A stretch of DNA of 64,000 nt. Origin: an uncultured virus (IMG/VR IMGVR_UViG_3300044513_002407). Its lineage: Duplodnaviria > Heunggongvirae > Uroviricota > Caudoviricetes. Below the pieces are notes generated by a model. The model was not told the DNA's origin and did no database searches. It saw only the letters and a list, made by a program, of their open reading frames with translations. Where the stretch lies: the IMG/VR virus record IMGVR_UViG_3300044513_002407; one strand, written 5' to 3'. The first letter of the stretch is position 1. Each line of letters begins with the position of its first letter. Shown one piece after another: positions 17,722 through 27,258 of this stretch. Position numbers and translations under genes: made by a program.

Positions 17722-19326
17722 CTATTTAGTGTTTGAATTTCCTGACGGTGCAGGAGGATTCTTCAAATTGTCCAAATTGACTTTTTGAGTTTCCATATCA
17801 ATTTCAGCAGATTGCTTATCTTGAGCAACCTGATCAAGTGGATCAATCACTTGACCCGCCTTAATCTCATTATTTATCTGTTCTTTCATCTCCTCAATTT
17901 CTTGTTCAGTAAACTGAAGGAGCTGACGCATTACATATTCTTGTGAGAAATACTTACCAACATAGAGATCTAATTTATCCAGAACATCCATTTTGGTTTG
18001 AAGCATTTCTAAGTTTGCCATTTCGGCAAACTGATTATCATAAAGATAATCATATTGAACATGCTCTTTCATGTCTTCCCAATCTTCTGGAGTAATAACT
18101 CCCTTAAGAATGAGTTGAGTTCTTAGTAAATCATTTAAAAGTTCAGAGAACTTTTTACGAAGACGACCTACAAATTTTGTGAATTTAATTTCATCTCTGT
18201 TGATCTCTTCTGATTTACCGAGATCAAATGACTTGTCGCTCTCCAATCTTGAAGGAGGAACGGCAAGTGCTTTATAGAGTTGAGTTTGGAAATACTTAAT
18301 ATCAGTAAGTTCTCCAAGGTTCTGACCACCAGGCAGTGTGGTAATTTCTGTACCACGACCACCTTCTCTACGAGGTAACCAGAAGTCCTCAAGCATACTC
18401 ATATGCTTTTTGTCATCACGGATTTCACCAGTATTGGAATCATATACCATCTTATTTCTATAGCGTGACATTACATCACGCAGGTATTGTTCCGCCTTAA
18501 TTTTTGGAAGATTGCCAACGTCAATATAGAAAATACGACGCTCTGGTGCTCTTGACAAACGGTAGATAACAATGCTATCCTCAAGCATTCTAAGTTGATT
18601 TAGATACTTGATTGCTTTATGTAGATAACTTAAGGTGATGTTTCTACCTTGATCTGTAATTCCAGATGCCACATGAGTGATGGCATCCTTTGCAATTTTA
18701 ATTCCTTGATTAGTATTGTTTACACCTTTTGCATTGTAAACATAAAATTCGGTTACTTTACCGTAATCATATTTGTTAAACTGATCTGCATCAACTGGAG
18801 GTTTCTCTACCAGACGAACCTTTTTGATTTTAAGAGGATCAATGTAACGTAATTCTAATAACCCTTTGGAAGGATCTTCGAGATCAATAACTTTGTGATA
18901 GAATATTCTGCCATCGACGTACCAACGTCTAAAGATCTGATGTGCAGATTTATCAAAATCAAGAAGACGTTTGACGTGATCAAACTCTTCTCTCATTCGA
19001 GTTTTGATTGACTCTGATACTTCTAAGTTTGACAGTTCTAATTCTACTGGACTGTCGTCCTTATCAGTAACAATTGCTTCGTTTGTAATATCTTCGATAG
19101 CACTGTCAACTTCTGGTTGAAGCGCCATCTCTCTATAGCGACGGATTAAATTAATCTCGTCCCTTTTCTTAGTATCATCAAGATCTACATAATGACCAAA
19201 CCATCCCCCGTATGGAGTGATGGTTGAAGTTGCATCGTTATCTGTAGGTGGAACAGGGGACGAAGCTGCCTTCGCCCCCTTCTTGAGATCCTCATCTTTT
19301 ATTGAGAAACCAAATAGTTGCGCCAT
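17722..19326 (-). CDS. g20: Portal vertex protein
   Basis: MAQLFGFSI, FRRWYVDGR, RLSRAPERRIFYIDVGNLPK, EDFWLPRREGGRGTEI. Confidence 0.98.
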   Translation of the reverse strand: MAQLFGFSIKDEDLKKGAKAASSPVPPTDNDATSTITPYGGWFGHYVDLDDTKKRDEINLIRRYREMALQPEVDSAIEDITNEAIVTDKDDSPVELELSNLEVSESIKTRMREEFDHVKRLLDFDKSAHQIFRRWYVDGRIFYHKVIDLEDPSKGLLELRYIDPLKIKKVRLVEKPPVDADQFNKYDYGKVTEFYVYNAKGVNNTNQGIKIAKDAITHVASGITDQGRNITLSYLHKAIKYLNQLRMLEDSIVIYRLSRAPERRIFYIDVGNLPKIKAEQYLRDVMSRYRNKMVYDSNTGEIRDDKKHMSMLEDFWLPRREGGRGTEITTLPGGQNLGELTDIKYFQTQLYKALAVPPSRLESDKSFDLGKSEEINRDEIKFTKFVGRLRKKFSELLNDLLRTQLILKGVITPEDWEDMKEHVQYDYLYDNQFAEMANLEMLQTKMDVLDKLDLYVGKYFSQEYVMRQLLQFTEQEIEEMKEQINNEIKAGQVIDPLDQVAQDKQSAEIDMETQKVNLDNLKNPPAPSGNSNTK

Positions 19327-19351
19327 TCCAAATAAAAATTAACCGTTGTAC

Positions 19352-19358
19352 TATTTAG
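19352..19358 (-). promoter_or_regulatory. Late promoter upstream of g20
   Basis: CTAAATA. Confidence 0.65.
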
Positions 19359-19364
19359 TAAGGA

Positions 19365-19988
19365 TCAAACGTTGCTTACATTCTGAGTGGAAAGTTCTTC
19401 GATAGAAGAAGCATTAGCACCAGCATCAAAGTATTGATATTGGAATTCAACATCAAACTCTTCGATAGCATCGTTGCTATCATATGCCAGGTTGATTGCA
19501 CCTACGTTAGTTGGCCAAGCACCTACTAACTTGTATGCTCTCAGAGTCAAGTTTGGATCATCAGTAGTTCCAGCACCTGCTTCTTTTGACTTCTGTTCGA
19601 TGACGATATCGGTGAAGTAGTTACCGACTAAGGAACCTTCTGAACCAAAATTCAGAGTACCGATGTTCTCGTCAACTTTGTTACCAGCATTGACCCACTT
19701 CTCAAATGCACTTCTCAGATCGAAATCTGCAGTGTTGTAGAAAGTTGCGGTCCATGCTTCGTAAGTTCTATCACCAGGAATCTTCAGGAAGCGTCCTCTA
19801 AAAGGAACTTCAATCAAACCCTGAGTGTGTGCAGGAAGTTGTGCGGTTCTGCAAAGAAATTCGGTCTTTTCCGAAAGTGCAGTTCCAGTTCCCACAATCG
19901 ACTGTGGGAAATTAATTCTTACCTGATACAGGTTGGGGCGAACCCCACCTGCTAATCTTGTTTTGAAATCGTTAATGCGACGTGCCAT
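19365..19988 (-). CDS. g19: Tail tube protein
   Basis: GGVRPNLY, VPFRGRFLKIPGDRTY, AFEKW, WPTNVGAINL, IEEFDVEFQYQY. Confidence 0.96.
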   Translation of the reverse strand: MARRINDFKTRLAGGVRPNLYQVRINFPQSIVGTGTALSEKTEFLCRTAQLPAHTQGLIEVPFRGRFLKIPGDRTYEAWTATFYNTADFDLRSAFEKWVNAGNKVDENIGTLNFGSEGSLVGNYFTDIVIEQKSKEAGAGTTDDPNLTLRAYKLVGAWPTNVGAINLAYDSNDAIEEFDVEFQYQYFDAGANASSIEELSTQNVSNV

Positions 19989-20009
19989 TGTTTTAGTATC
20001 TCCTGTTTT

Positions 20010-20016
20010 TATTTAT
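20010..20016 (-). promoter_or_regulatory. Late promoter upstream of g19
   Basis: ATAAATA followed by AGGAG RBS. Confidence 0.65.
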
Positions 20017-20026
20017 TTTAACCAAA

Positions 20027-22777
20027 TCATCTAGCGATGATTTCAGAGAAATTGATACCAGTTCTAGTCGCCACGAATGTCAGGGTGATGTAGTTGATAG
20101 AACGTGCTGGTTGAATGTAAATTTCAGCTTGGAACTCATTGGCATCAATAACCGATGGTGTGTTATTTGTCTCATCACAAACAACTAAGAAGTCATAAAT
20201 TCCTCTACGGGATTGTACATCACGGAGGAATGGTTCAACAATTCCTCTAAAGATGCTTCTCGTTGTTTCGTCGTTGATTTCAAAAAGTTGTGCCTTAGCA
20301 GCATCTTCAATTGCTTTTTCAACAACCAGGAACAGTTTGCGAACGTTAATTCTGTCGAATGCAGAAGGAGTTGCAAGTGCTGTCTTATCACCGAAGAGAA
20401 CTGCACCTTGTCCAGGGAATACTGCGATAGGGTTGATTCTATTTGAATAGAGTTCGTCTCTATCGGTCTTGCTTGGATTCCATGCGAGTTTTGCTACGTT
20501 ACGGATAGCACCTCTGCTGAATCCTGCTGGTGAGAACCATGGCTCATTATTGATTGCGGTTGAAGCAACCAGACCAGCAACGTCAGTATTACATGGGATG
20601 TAGCGATATCTATCGCTCCAGCGATCATAAACATACTTGTAGTTCGAATCAAGAACTAAGTATGAAGTGCTTGCTGCTTCAGCAAAGAAGGACTTGATAT
20701 TAGAAACAATGTCGCTATTCTGAAGAACTGTTCCACCGCTGGAAATGATGTTTCCTTTGTGTGGAGATGCGAATGCAATACAATCTTTTCTTTCAGCAGC
20801 AATAGAAGCAAGGTTGCTCATCTTTGCCTTAGTATCATTTTCAGTGCCAGCAGAAGGACCCATCAGCAGATAGTCGATGGTAATTGTTTCTACCTGTCTG
20901 AACAGATCGTAACCTGCATTAAGATCAGCAACTCCAACGTTGTACTGCTCACCGTTAAGTGCATATGAAACGCCGTTTGCTAAAGCATATGAAACAGAAC
21001 CCTTTGGTTTGAATGCTTCTGTTCTTTCTTGATACTCATAAACAGTATCACCGACATAAACATAAGCACTGGAATCAGAAACTACATCTTTATAGTAGTT
21101 GGTTCCACCTTGAGGACCTCTAGCATTTCTTGCTTTAGATGTATATGTAAAGCTTTCGAGGATAGTATCTTTTGCACCGCTGACTGAACCAGTGGTGTCA
21201 ACAACTGCTATGTGAATGGCATCTCTTGCAGCATCACTTCCGTAAAAATCAATTGCATCTTGAGTTGATCTTGGGCGAGCAGCAATGGAATTCCAAGATA
21301 CGCTTGATCCTTCATACAGTTTCTTTGAAGCGTACCATGCTTCACCGTTTACAACTGATAAAACAGCAGTAGTAACTGAACCACTAGTAACACTATCACC
21401 TACTGCAAATTCTTGTGCAGCACTTGGAGAAGGAAGATATGCATCGCTGTTTGCAGTATCAAGAAGAACTACATGCAACAGGACATTGCCAGATTCATTT
21501 GTGGTTACATCTAAAATCTCACCCTTCTTAGAACCGATCGCTACAGTACCACCAACTGTAAAATCAGCTTCGGTAAATGCATTCTGACCAGTGAGAGGAG
21601 TCAGTTCGAGTGACTGCTGAGGACCAGCATCGATTGTGCAAATTCTAATTCCGTTGCCCCAAGTTCCAGCAGTTCTTGCAGCATAGATCCAACCATTGGT
21701 ATTACCAGAGTAGGATGCTTCATATACTTCATTGTTTGCGATCTTGATTGGATCTGCAGCAATGGTTGCAGTAGCAGTTGCTGTTACGCCAGGAGCACCG
21801 ATTACAACAGTGAGTCCAGTGAAATCTGAGTAGTTACCAAAGTTGGTTACTGAGATTCCAGTAGCAACTCCTGAACCGTTGATGGTCAGAGTTCCTGAGA
21901 ATGTTGGAGATGCAACACCACCAGAAACGTTAACATTGTAGGTTGCAGCAGGATCATAGTTTGTACCACCTGAAGTCAGGGTAACTTCCAGACCTGTTGG
22001 GGCATCAATTGTGATGGTTGGTGCTGAGGTGTATCCAGTACCACCAGTGATTGTGATTGCTGTAATTACACCATTAACGATTGTTGGGGTAGTAACTACT
22101 CCAGTAGGATCTCCACCACCACCACTTACAGTGATTGTTGGTGCTGAAGAATAACCAGTACCACCGTCAGTAACAGTCAGAGTTCCAGTCAGTGCTCCAG
22201 CACTGAGGTTGGTTCCGTCTGCTTCTGCAGTTGCAGTGCTTCCTTGAGCAGCGGTTGCGATTGCAGTGAGACCAACAGGACCGATAGTTACTGATGGTGC
22301 TGACTGATACCCACTACCAGTATTGGTAAGAGTGACTGCAACTACTCTTCCGTTTGAATCCAAACTTGCAGTACCTGTTGCGGTGGTTCCACCAGCAGGA
22401 GGTGCAGAGAATGTTACGCTAGGAGCAGAGGTGTACTTACCATTTGTCGTTGAGTTGGTAATGGAAACAGCATCTACGCTATTACCAACTCTTGCTACTG
22501 AGTTCTTAAGCAGGGTGTCATCTACTCTGACTACGGAAAGGGTTCCACCGTAGTTGAGGTAGTTAACTGCAGAAAGCCAGTATTCGGCGTTTGCTTCTGA
22601 TGGTTCACCAAAAGTAGAAATAAGTTCTGCCTCAGAACCGATTGTTACTGGTGCTCCAAGTTCACCCTTGGGGAATGGTGCGACATATGCCGCAATATTT
22701 GCATTCGCAATACTCGCTCTACCATTTGTTAGATCCTTCTCCCTAACAATAACGCCAGGGGAGCGTAAAGTTGCCAT
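20027..22777 (-). CDS. g18: Tail sheath protein with internal beta-repeat insertion
   Basis: SPGVIVREKDLT, PWFSPAGFSRG, LFGDKT, FDRINVRKLF, PARSINYITLTFVATRTG. Confidence 0.97.
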   Translation of the reverse strand: MATLRSPGVIVREKDLTNGRASIANANIAAYVAPFPKGELGAPVTIGSEAELISTFGEPSEANAEYWLSAVNYLNYGGTLSVVRVDDTLLKNSVARVGNSVDAVSITNSTTNGKYTSAPSVTFSAPPAGGTTATGTASLDSNGRVVAVTLTNTGSGYQSAPSVTIGPVGLTAIATAAQGSTATAEADGTNLSAGALTGTLTVTDGGTGYSSAPTITVSGGGGDPTGVVTTPTIVNGVITAITITGGTGYTSAPTITIDAPTGLEVTLTSGGTNYDPAATYNVNVSGGVASPTFSGTLTINGSGVATGISVTNFGNYSDFTGLTVVIGAPGVTATATATIAADPIKIANNEVYEASYSGNTNGWIYAARTAGTWGNGIRICTIDAGPQQSLELTPLTGQNAFTEADFTVGGTVAIGSKKGEILDVTTNESGNVLLHVVLLDTANSDAYLPSPSAAQEFAVGDSVTSGSVTTAVLSVVNGEAWYASKKLYEGSSVSWNSIAARPRSTQDAIDFYGSDAARDAIHIAVVDTTGSVSGAKDTILESFTYTSKARNARGPQGGTNYYKDVVSDSSAYVYVGDTVYEYQERTEAFKPKGSVSYALANGVSYALNGEQYNVGVADLNAGYDLFRQVETITIDYLLMGPSAGTENDTKAKMSNLASIAAERKDCIAFASPHKGNIISSGGTVLQNSDIVSNIKSFFAEAASTSYLVLDSNYKYVYDRWSDRYRYIPCNTDVAGLVASTAINNEPWFSPAGFSRGAIRNVAKLAWNPSKTDRDELYSNRINPIAVFPGQGAVLFGDKTALATPSAFDRINVRKLFLVVEKAIEDAAKAQLFEINDETTRSIFRGIVEPFLRDVQSRRGIYDFLVVCDETNNTPSVIDANEFQAEIYIQPARSINYITLTFVATRTGINFSEIIAR

Positions 22778-22813
22778 CTGTATCTCCTAGAAATATATCA
22801 TATTTTCTAAATC

Positions 22814-22820
22814 TATTTAT
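22814..22820 (-). promoter_or_regulatory. Late promoter upstream of g18
   Basis: ATAAATA upstream of AGGAG RBS. Confidence 0.65.
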
Positions 22821-22861
22821 TATTTTGACTCCTTCCAGGGGGGAAACAATGCATGAACACT

Positions 22862-23113
22862 CTACCAGTCAGGATATTCCCATCTACCAAAAATATTGGT
22901 AGTCATTTTATCTACGACCTTTTTTCTTGCATCAATAACTCGTTTTTTTGTGCATTGCTTACACTCATAAGAATACGCAGAAGGAAATCCTTTTTTATTT
23001 TTACGTATTAAGTAGAAGTCAGTAAGCAGATCTTTTTTAATATGGCATGTGCGACACATCCTTTCATTGAAGAGTAAATGAGTCAATTCAAACTCTTCAT
23101 CAAAATCCATCAT
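22862..23113 (-). CDS. Conserved small Zn-finger protein downstream of g17
   Basis: CRTC..KDL..DFY...SAYSYECKQC ...WEYPDW. Confidence 0.8.
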   Translation of the reverse strand: MMDFDEEFELTHLLFNERMCRTCHIKKDLLTDFYLIRKNKKGFPSAYSYECKQCTKKRVIDARKKVVDKMTTNIFGRWEYPDW

Positions 23114-24804
23114 CTGTACTCCCACATATAATTCAAATCTCCATACTCACTGGTCTCTCCCATATAAGATCCACTTCCATTTTCAGCAATGTACCACACG
23201 TTACCTTCAGTATCAATTGATTCATAATCAGTCAGACCATCGTCAATAAAACCGAAGGGTGCCATGTCTTGATCAATCTGATTCTTTTGCTCTTCATATA
23301 ATCTCTTACGAACATCATTGTCCGTCATCTCTTTGAAATAGTCCTGAGCAACTAACCATGCAAAGATAACAAGACACATTGCAAGGTCATCATTACATCC
23401 TTCTTCTGCCTCAAAGGATTGTTTCTTTTGAATGAAGGTAGTCAATTCTGAAATAATATCATAATCATTGACAAGCAGTTTATCTGCTTCAATCAACTGC
23501 TTTAAGTTAGAGCAACCAATCTTCTTAACTGTTGTACTGGTTTTAACTCCAAGTTGTGTTTTGGATCCAGAGAATCCTTGACCAACTAATTGACCAGCAC
23601 GACCTCTCATAGCACACATCAGAAGATTCTCATTCTCAAGATCGTACTGTAGAATAGATGCAACCTGATCACCAATGTCATTGACTTCAACCAGGATAAA
23701 TGCTTTATTATAGCTGACTGCAACCTGATGAATAATATTTGGGAACAACATCGGTTTGATATCATTGTTCCTATAGACACCTACAACTTTATATGGTACA
23801 GTAGTAATATCATATAGAATAAAAGCAGAGTAGTCGTTATTAGTTCCACGAGATACGTCAACAGTCATGAGATACTCATGCTCTGGAATTGGATTCTCGT
23901 ATATCTTCAACCCCTTATTACTTGACAGAGGTTCATCATATGACATTGATCTCAACTTTGCAGCAGAAATTAGAGTGTCAACCGATCCTAAAAACTCACA
24001 CTCAAACTCTTGTGTGAACTGTCTTAGTGATGTGTTGGCAATCGTTTGCTCTTTCCATTTCTCATCCCTTCCTGGGACTTGAGACCAATGGACTTCTGTT
24101 GTGACATATTCGTTTCTACCAAGTTCGGCATCATGCCATAACTTGTAGAACATGTTCATCCCGTTTGGCGTTGAGATGATGATGACTTTTGTGCTTTTAC
24201 CAGAAGAAATAGTAGGATAAACAGAGGAAAAGAATTGCTCTGCAATATGGTTTGGAATGAACGCAAATTCATCGAGGAAGATGATGTTAAACGACATGCC
24301 TCGGACAGCAGACGCAGATGTAGAAGATGCCAATATCTTACTGCCATTTTCAAGCTCCATAGATCCTTTGTTCCATGCAATAATACCCTGCTGCAACCAC
24401 GTTGGCAAGTTTTCGTAAGCAAGTTGTAACCTTCCGAGAAGTTCCCTTGCAGTCGGTGCTTTGTTTGCTAGGATACCAATGTTAACGTTGTCATTGAACA
24501 ACGCATAATGCATAAGATATGCCACAACAGTAGTTGACTTACCTGTTTGTCGTGGTAACTTTGCAATATTAAATCTGTTATTGTGGAAGCGGCGAACCAT
24601 GTCTTCCTGAAAATCATATAGTTTGAAGGGTACTAAACCTTCATCAAGAGAAACAATTTTGCAATAGTTTCTAGCAAAGTAGACAGGATCTGCTTTGCAC
24701 TTTAAGTATTCTTTAATTTGATCTTGGGTAAAGTTGATGGGTACACCAACTTTCTTTAGATTGGGGTTACCAAGATAAATTTCAGTTTGCTTTAATTTAG
24801 TCAT
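23110..24804 (-). CDS. g17: Terminase large subunit
   Basis: YLGNPNLK, PRQTGKST, IFLDEFAF, ISTPNG, DVSRG, NDDLAM. Confidence 0.98.
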   Translation of the reverse strand: MTKLKQTEIYLGNPNLKKVGVPINFTQDQIKEYLKCKADPVYFARNYCKIVSLDEGLVPFKLYDFQEDMVRRFHNNRFNIAKLPRQTGKSTTVVAYLMHYALFNDNVNIGILANKAPTARELLGRLQLAYENLPTWLQQGIIAWNKGSMELENGSKILASSTSASAVRGMSFNIIFLDEFAFIPNHIAEQFFSSVYPTISSGKSTKVIIISTPNGMNMFYKLWHDAELGRNEYVTTEVHWSQVPGRDEKWKEQTIANTSLRQFTQEFECEFLGSVDTLISAAKLRSMSYDEPLSSNKGLKIYENPIPEHEYLMTVDVSRGTNNDYSAFILYDITTVPYKVVGVYRNNDIKPMLFPNIIHQVAVSYNKAFILVEVNDIGDQVASILQYDLENENLLMCAMRGRAGQLVGQGFSGSKTQLGVKTSTTVKKIGCSNLKQLIEADKLLVNDYDIISELTTFIQKKQSFEAEEGCNDDLAMCLVIFAWLVAQDYFKEMTDNDVRKRLYEEQKNQIDQDMAPFGFIDDGLTDYESIDTEGNVWYIAENGSGSYMGETSEYGDLNYMWEYR

Positions 24805-24999
24805 TTACATCACCCACTTCTTCTCTGGACATGGCAAAGGAGTAACAACTTTTAATGGCATAAAACATCCACAAACACTACACATCTGTGTAGCAGAAAT
24901 GAATTTATCACAAGACCTACAAATCTCTAATTTTTTATTAGGAGGTGTAAATTCTACCTTTTTCGGTTTTGATCTGTTTAAATAATCTGATATATTCAT
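24805..24999 (-). CDS. Small Cys-rich protein (DUF6171-like)
   Basis: ICRSC...MCSVCGCFMPLK....CPEKKW; ATG at 24999 coupled to the upstream paralog. Confidence 0.75.
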   Translation of the reverse strand: MNISDYLNRSKPKKVEFTPPNKKLEICRSCDKFISATQMCSVCGCFMPLKVVTPLPCPEKKWVM

Positions 25000-25145
25000 G
25001 ACCACTTTGGTGGATTATGTGGGCACTTCATCCCAGGCAATAAAGTTTTAAGTGGCATAAAGCAACCACAAATTTTACATTGCTTTGTAGTTGATTTAAA
25101 GTATTCGCACTCTTGGCAAATTTTATATTTCTCGTCAGAAGTCAT
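24996..25145 (-). CDS. Small Cys-rich protein (DUF6171-like), 49 aa paralog
   Basis: MTSDEKYKICQECEYFKSTTKQCKICGCFMPLKTLLPGMKCPHNPPKWS; ATAAATA late promoter at 25166-25172; not in ORF track. Confidence 0.8.
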   Translation of the reverse strand: MTSDEKYKICQECEYFKSTTKQCKICGCFMPLKTLLPGMKCPHNPPKWS

Positions 25146-25164
25146 AATGAGAATAATCTTTTAA

Positions 25165-25389
25165 TTATTTATCATCAAGAGGATGGTTATCAGTTAAATC
25201 TCCTAATCTTCTTTCCCAGGTGTCTCCACTTGTAGAACCTTTGCATGGATTGATGCAAGTATTATCTCCAAACTTATTGCAAACTAATCCTGCAAGATCA
25301 TGTGGGTCTCCAACCTTTTGGGTTCCAGACCAATAATGTTGACCATCAATCCAAGTTGCCCCACACTTAGGACAGATTTTGGTATCCAT
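25165..25389 (-). CDS. Cys-rich hypothetical protein
   Basis: CPKCGATWIDGQHYW...LAGLVCN...CINPC; GGAG RBS. Confidence 0.8.
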   Translation of the reverse strand: MDTKICPKCGATWIDGQHYWSGTQKVGDPHDLAGLVCNKFGDNTCINPCKGSTSGDTWERRLGDLTDNHPLDDK

Positions 25390-25410
25390 GAGAATACTCC
25401 GAAAGGGAAT

Positions 25411-25452
25411 ATTCTATTTAGAAAAATGGTATCAGGATGTAACAATACTTAC
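25411..25452 (-). promoter_or_regulatory. NtcA-type promoter overlapping a late promoter
   Basis: GTA-AGTATTGT-TAC (25452-25439), N22, TAGAAT (25416-25411); CTAAATA at 25421-25415. Confidence 0.6.
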
Positions 25453-25469
25453 TTAATTTATGTTAAGTG

Positions 25470-25751
25470 TCAGCAATCCCACGCACGAAGGGACTTATTG
25501 ATCCTTGAATCTGGATCACTCGCTGTCTTCTTACTTGTAAGTTTTTTCTTCATCCCACGCATTCGACTGCAAAAGGACTTTCTTCTCTTGTTGCCCTTCT
25601 CCTTGCTGGGTGCTTTCAAGTCGCTCCCAGGGTTCTCCTTCTCGTAGGACTTCCTGCCCTTCTCGTTGAGTCCACCTTCTTTGTTCTGACCAGATTTCTT
25701 TGTCCATGCTGCACCTTCCTCTAAGTTACAAAATTCTTTAAATGTTAACAT
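25470..25751 (-). CDS. Basic hypothetical protein (DUF6321-like), probable internal head protein
   Basis: GGLNEKGRKSY..ENPGSDLKAP...RRKSFCSRM...SRINKSLRAWDC; N-terminus MLTFKEFCNLEE. Confidence 0.8.
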   Translation of the reverse strand: MLTFKEFCNLEEGAAWTKKSGQNKEGGLNEKGRKSYEKENPGSDLKAPSKEKGNKRRKSFCSRMRGMKKKLTSKKTASDPDSRINKSLRAWDC

Positions 25752-25756
25752 TGTTA

Positions 25757-26557
25757 TTATGGGGTTGGATTATCTACGAGAATAATATCAAAGATTGCTC
25801 CACCACCTACACCACTTTGAGAGAGACCTTTTATTTCTATATCTGTTTTCTCTTCAAATCTCAAAGGAACTGGATAGTCATAGTTGAACCCAGAAGCAAA
25901 TACTCCAAACTGACCTTTAACATTAAATGCTCCACCAAAAGGTCTTGTATACAATCTAAACAGAGCATCATTGTTAGCATCAATAGAACCTTGAAGTTTC
26001 ATCAAATATCCTGTTTTGCCAGCAGGGATCGTATATAAGGACATCAAAGTTTGACCAGCACCAGCAATAATTACTGCTACATCATTGACACCATTTTTAA
26101 TTCTAATCTCATCCTCATTAGTTGTGCCAGTATTTGCAGTAACCATTCTTGCACGGAACACTCTGGAGAATTGCGCTACTGATGCAGCACCACCAATAGT
26201 CAACGTTTCTGTTACGGGAGCATAGTTTTCATCTAAACCCTGAACCTCTACAGTTCCGCCATCATCAGTTACGTTCTGACCAGCATTATCTGCAACTGCA
26301 GTTACTGTAGCGGCAGCATAGTATGCATAATCTGCTGCCTTATCCCAAATGGTTTGCCAAGAACCAGCAATAACATCTCTAAATCCAAACTTATTGATGT
26401 GTGAATATCCAGAAAGTTCTCCTGCTGCAATGGGAATGTTTGCTGCAGAACCGTAACTATTAAGAGGGTTACCATCTTCATCAGCAAGCATCACTACTTC
26501 AAATAGTGACGTGCCGTGAGGTAAGTATTCTTGTGTATTCTTATTCCACTGTGCCAT
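25757..26557 (-). CDS. Hypothetical virion-associated protein
   Basis: 266 aa, MAQWNKNTQ..., INKFG, YTIPAGKTGYL, EKTDIE; late-gene context. Confidence 0.75.
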   Translation of the reverse strand: MAQWNKNTQEYLPHGTSLFEVVMLADEDGNPLNSYGSAANIPIAAGELSGYSHINKFGFRDVIAGSWQTIWDKAADYAYYAAATVTAVADNAGQNVTDDGGTVEVQGLDENYAPVTETLTIGGAASVAQFSRVFRARMVTANTGTTNEDEIRIKNGVNDVAVIIAGAGQTLMSLYTIPAGKTGYLMKLQGSIDANNDALFRLYTRPFGGAFNVKGQFGVFASGFNYDYPVPLRFEEKTDIEIKGLSQSGVGGGAIFDIILVDNPTP

Positions 26558-26563
26558 GTCTTA

Positions 26564-26812
26564 TCAAGCGAGGTATGCTACGGGTGTTGCCCAAACTTCA
26601 GCAGTTGCTCCTGTGGTTGCTTGGAGAGTTTCGTCGTACTCTTTTTTAATTAGTACTCTTTCTCCAGCAGCAATCCACAAGTTATTGCTGTTGCTATTAA
26701 CAATCAGTACAGGAACAGTATTAGTATTAATTACAGATACAATAGTTGCATCTCCAACTAAATTTGCAGCTGCTTGGATATCTACAGATACCCCTTTTGT
26801 CTTGAGGATCAT
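26564..26812 (-). CDS. Hypothetical protein
   Basis: 82 aa beta-rich; ATAAATA at 26831-26837 upstream. Confidence 0.7.
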   Translation of the reverse strand: MILKTKGVSVDIQAAANLVGDATIVSVINTNTVPVLIVNSNSNNLWIAAGERVLIKKEYDETLQATTGATAEVWATPVAYLA

Positions 26813-26829
26813 CTTACTAAGTTTTATTA

Positions 26830-27258
26830 TTATTTATTATCTAGAAGACCTTGCTTAATCAATTTAGATAACTCTGCAGTTGATCCAACAAACAGAGCAT
26901 TATTATTAGTGACCTTCTGCTTGGACTTAGGACCTTCTTCAAGATCCTGCATCTTCTGCTGTAATGAGATTAGTTTCTCAGTAGCGTCAGAAACGCTCTT
27001 AACTAACTGTCCAGCAACTTCATATGCTCTAGGGTGGTCTGTGTTATTTGCCACGTCTAAGATGCCTGAGAGCGCCTCCTGACCCTTCTCAATGATGTCG
27101 TATAGCTGACCCCTAGAATAGTCGTAATCTTTTTTGATATCCTTATCGATATCAATAATACGCTCTGTTCTCTTCTTTGGTTTTTCTGTTTGCTCTGCAG
27201 GTACAATCTCTGTATCTACATTTAGGGCGTCTTCAATTCCTTCGTAGTTTTCGCTCAT
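26830..27258 (-). CDS. g16: Terminase small subunit
   Basis: DYDYSRGQLY.IIEKGQEA, HPRAYEVAGQL, NNALFVGSTAEL. Confidence 0.95.
   Translation of the reverse strand: MSENYEGIEDALNVDTEIVPAEQTEKPKKRTERIIDIDKDIKKDYDYSRGQLYDIIEKGQEALSGILDVANNTDHPRAYEVAGQLVKSVSDATEKLISLQQKMQDLEEGPKSKQKVTNNNALFVGSTAELSKLIKQGLLDNK

Noticed and set aside
22828..22861. Short GC-rich intergenic element between the Zn-finger ORF and g18
   Set aside because: No convincing stem or known motif can be supported from this sequence alone
25449..25468. Possible Pho box (CTTAACAT..ATTAAGTA) next to the NtcA site
   Set aside because: TTAA units are 10 bp apart rather than 11, with only two imperfect copies in AT-rich DNA
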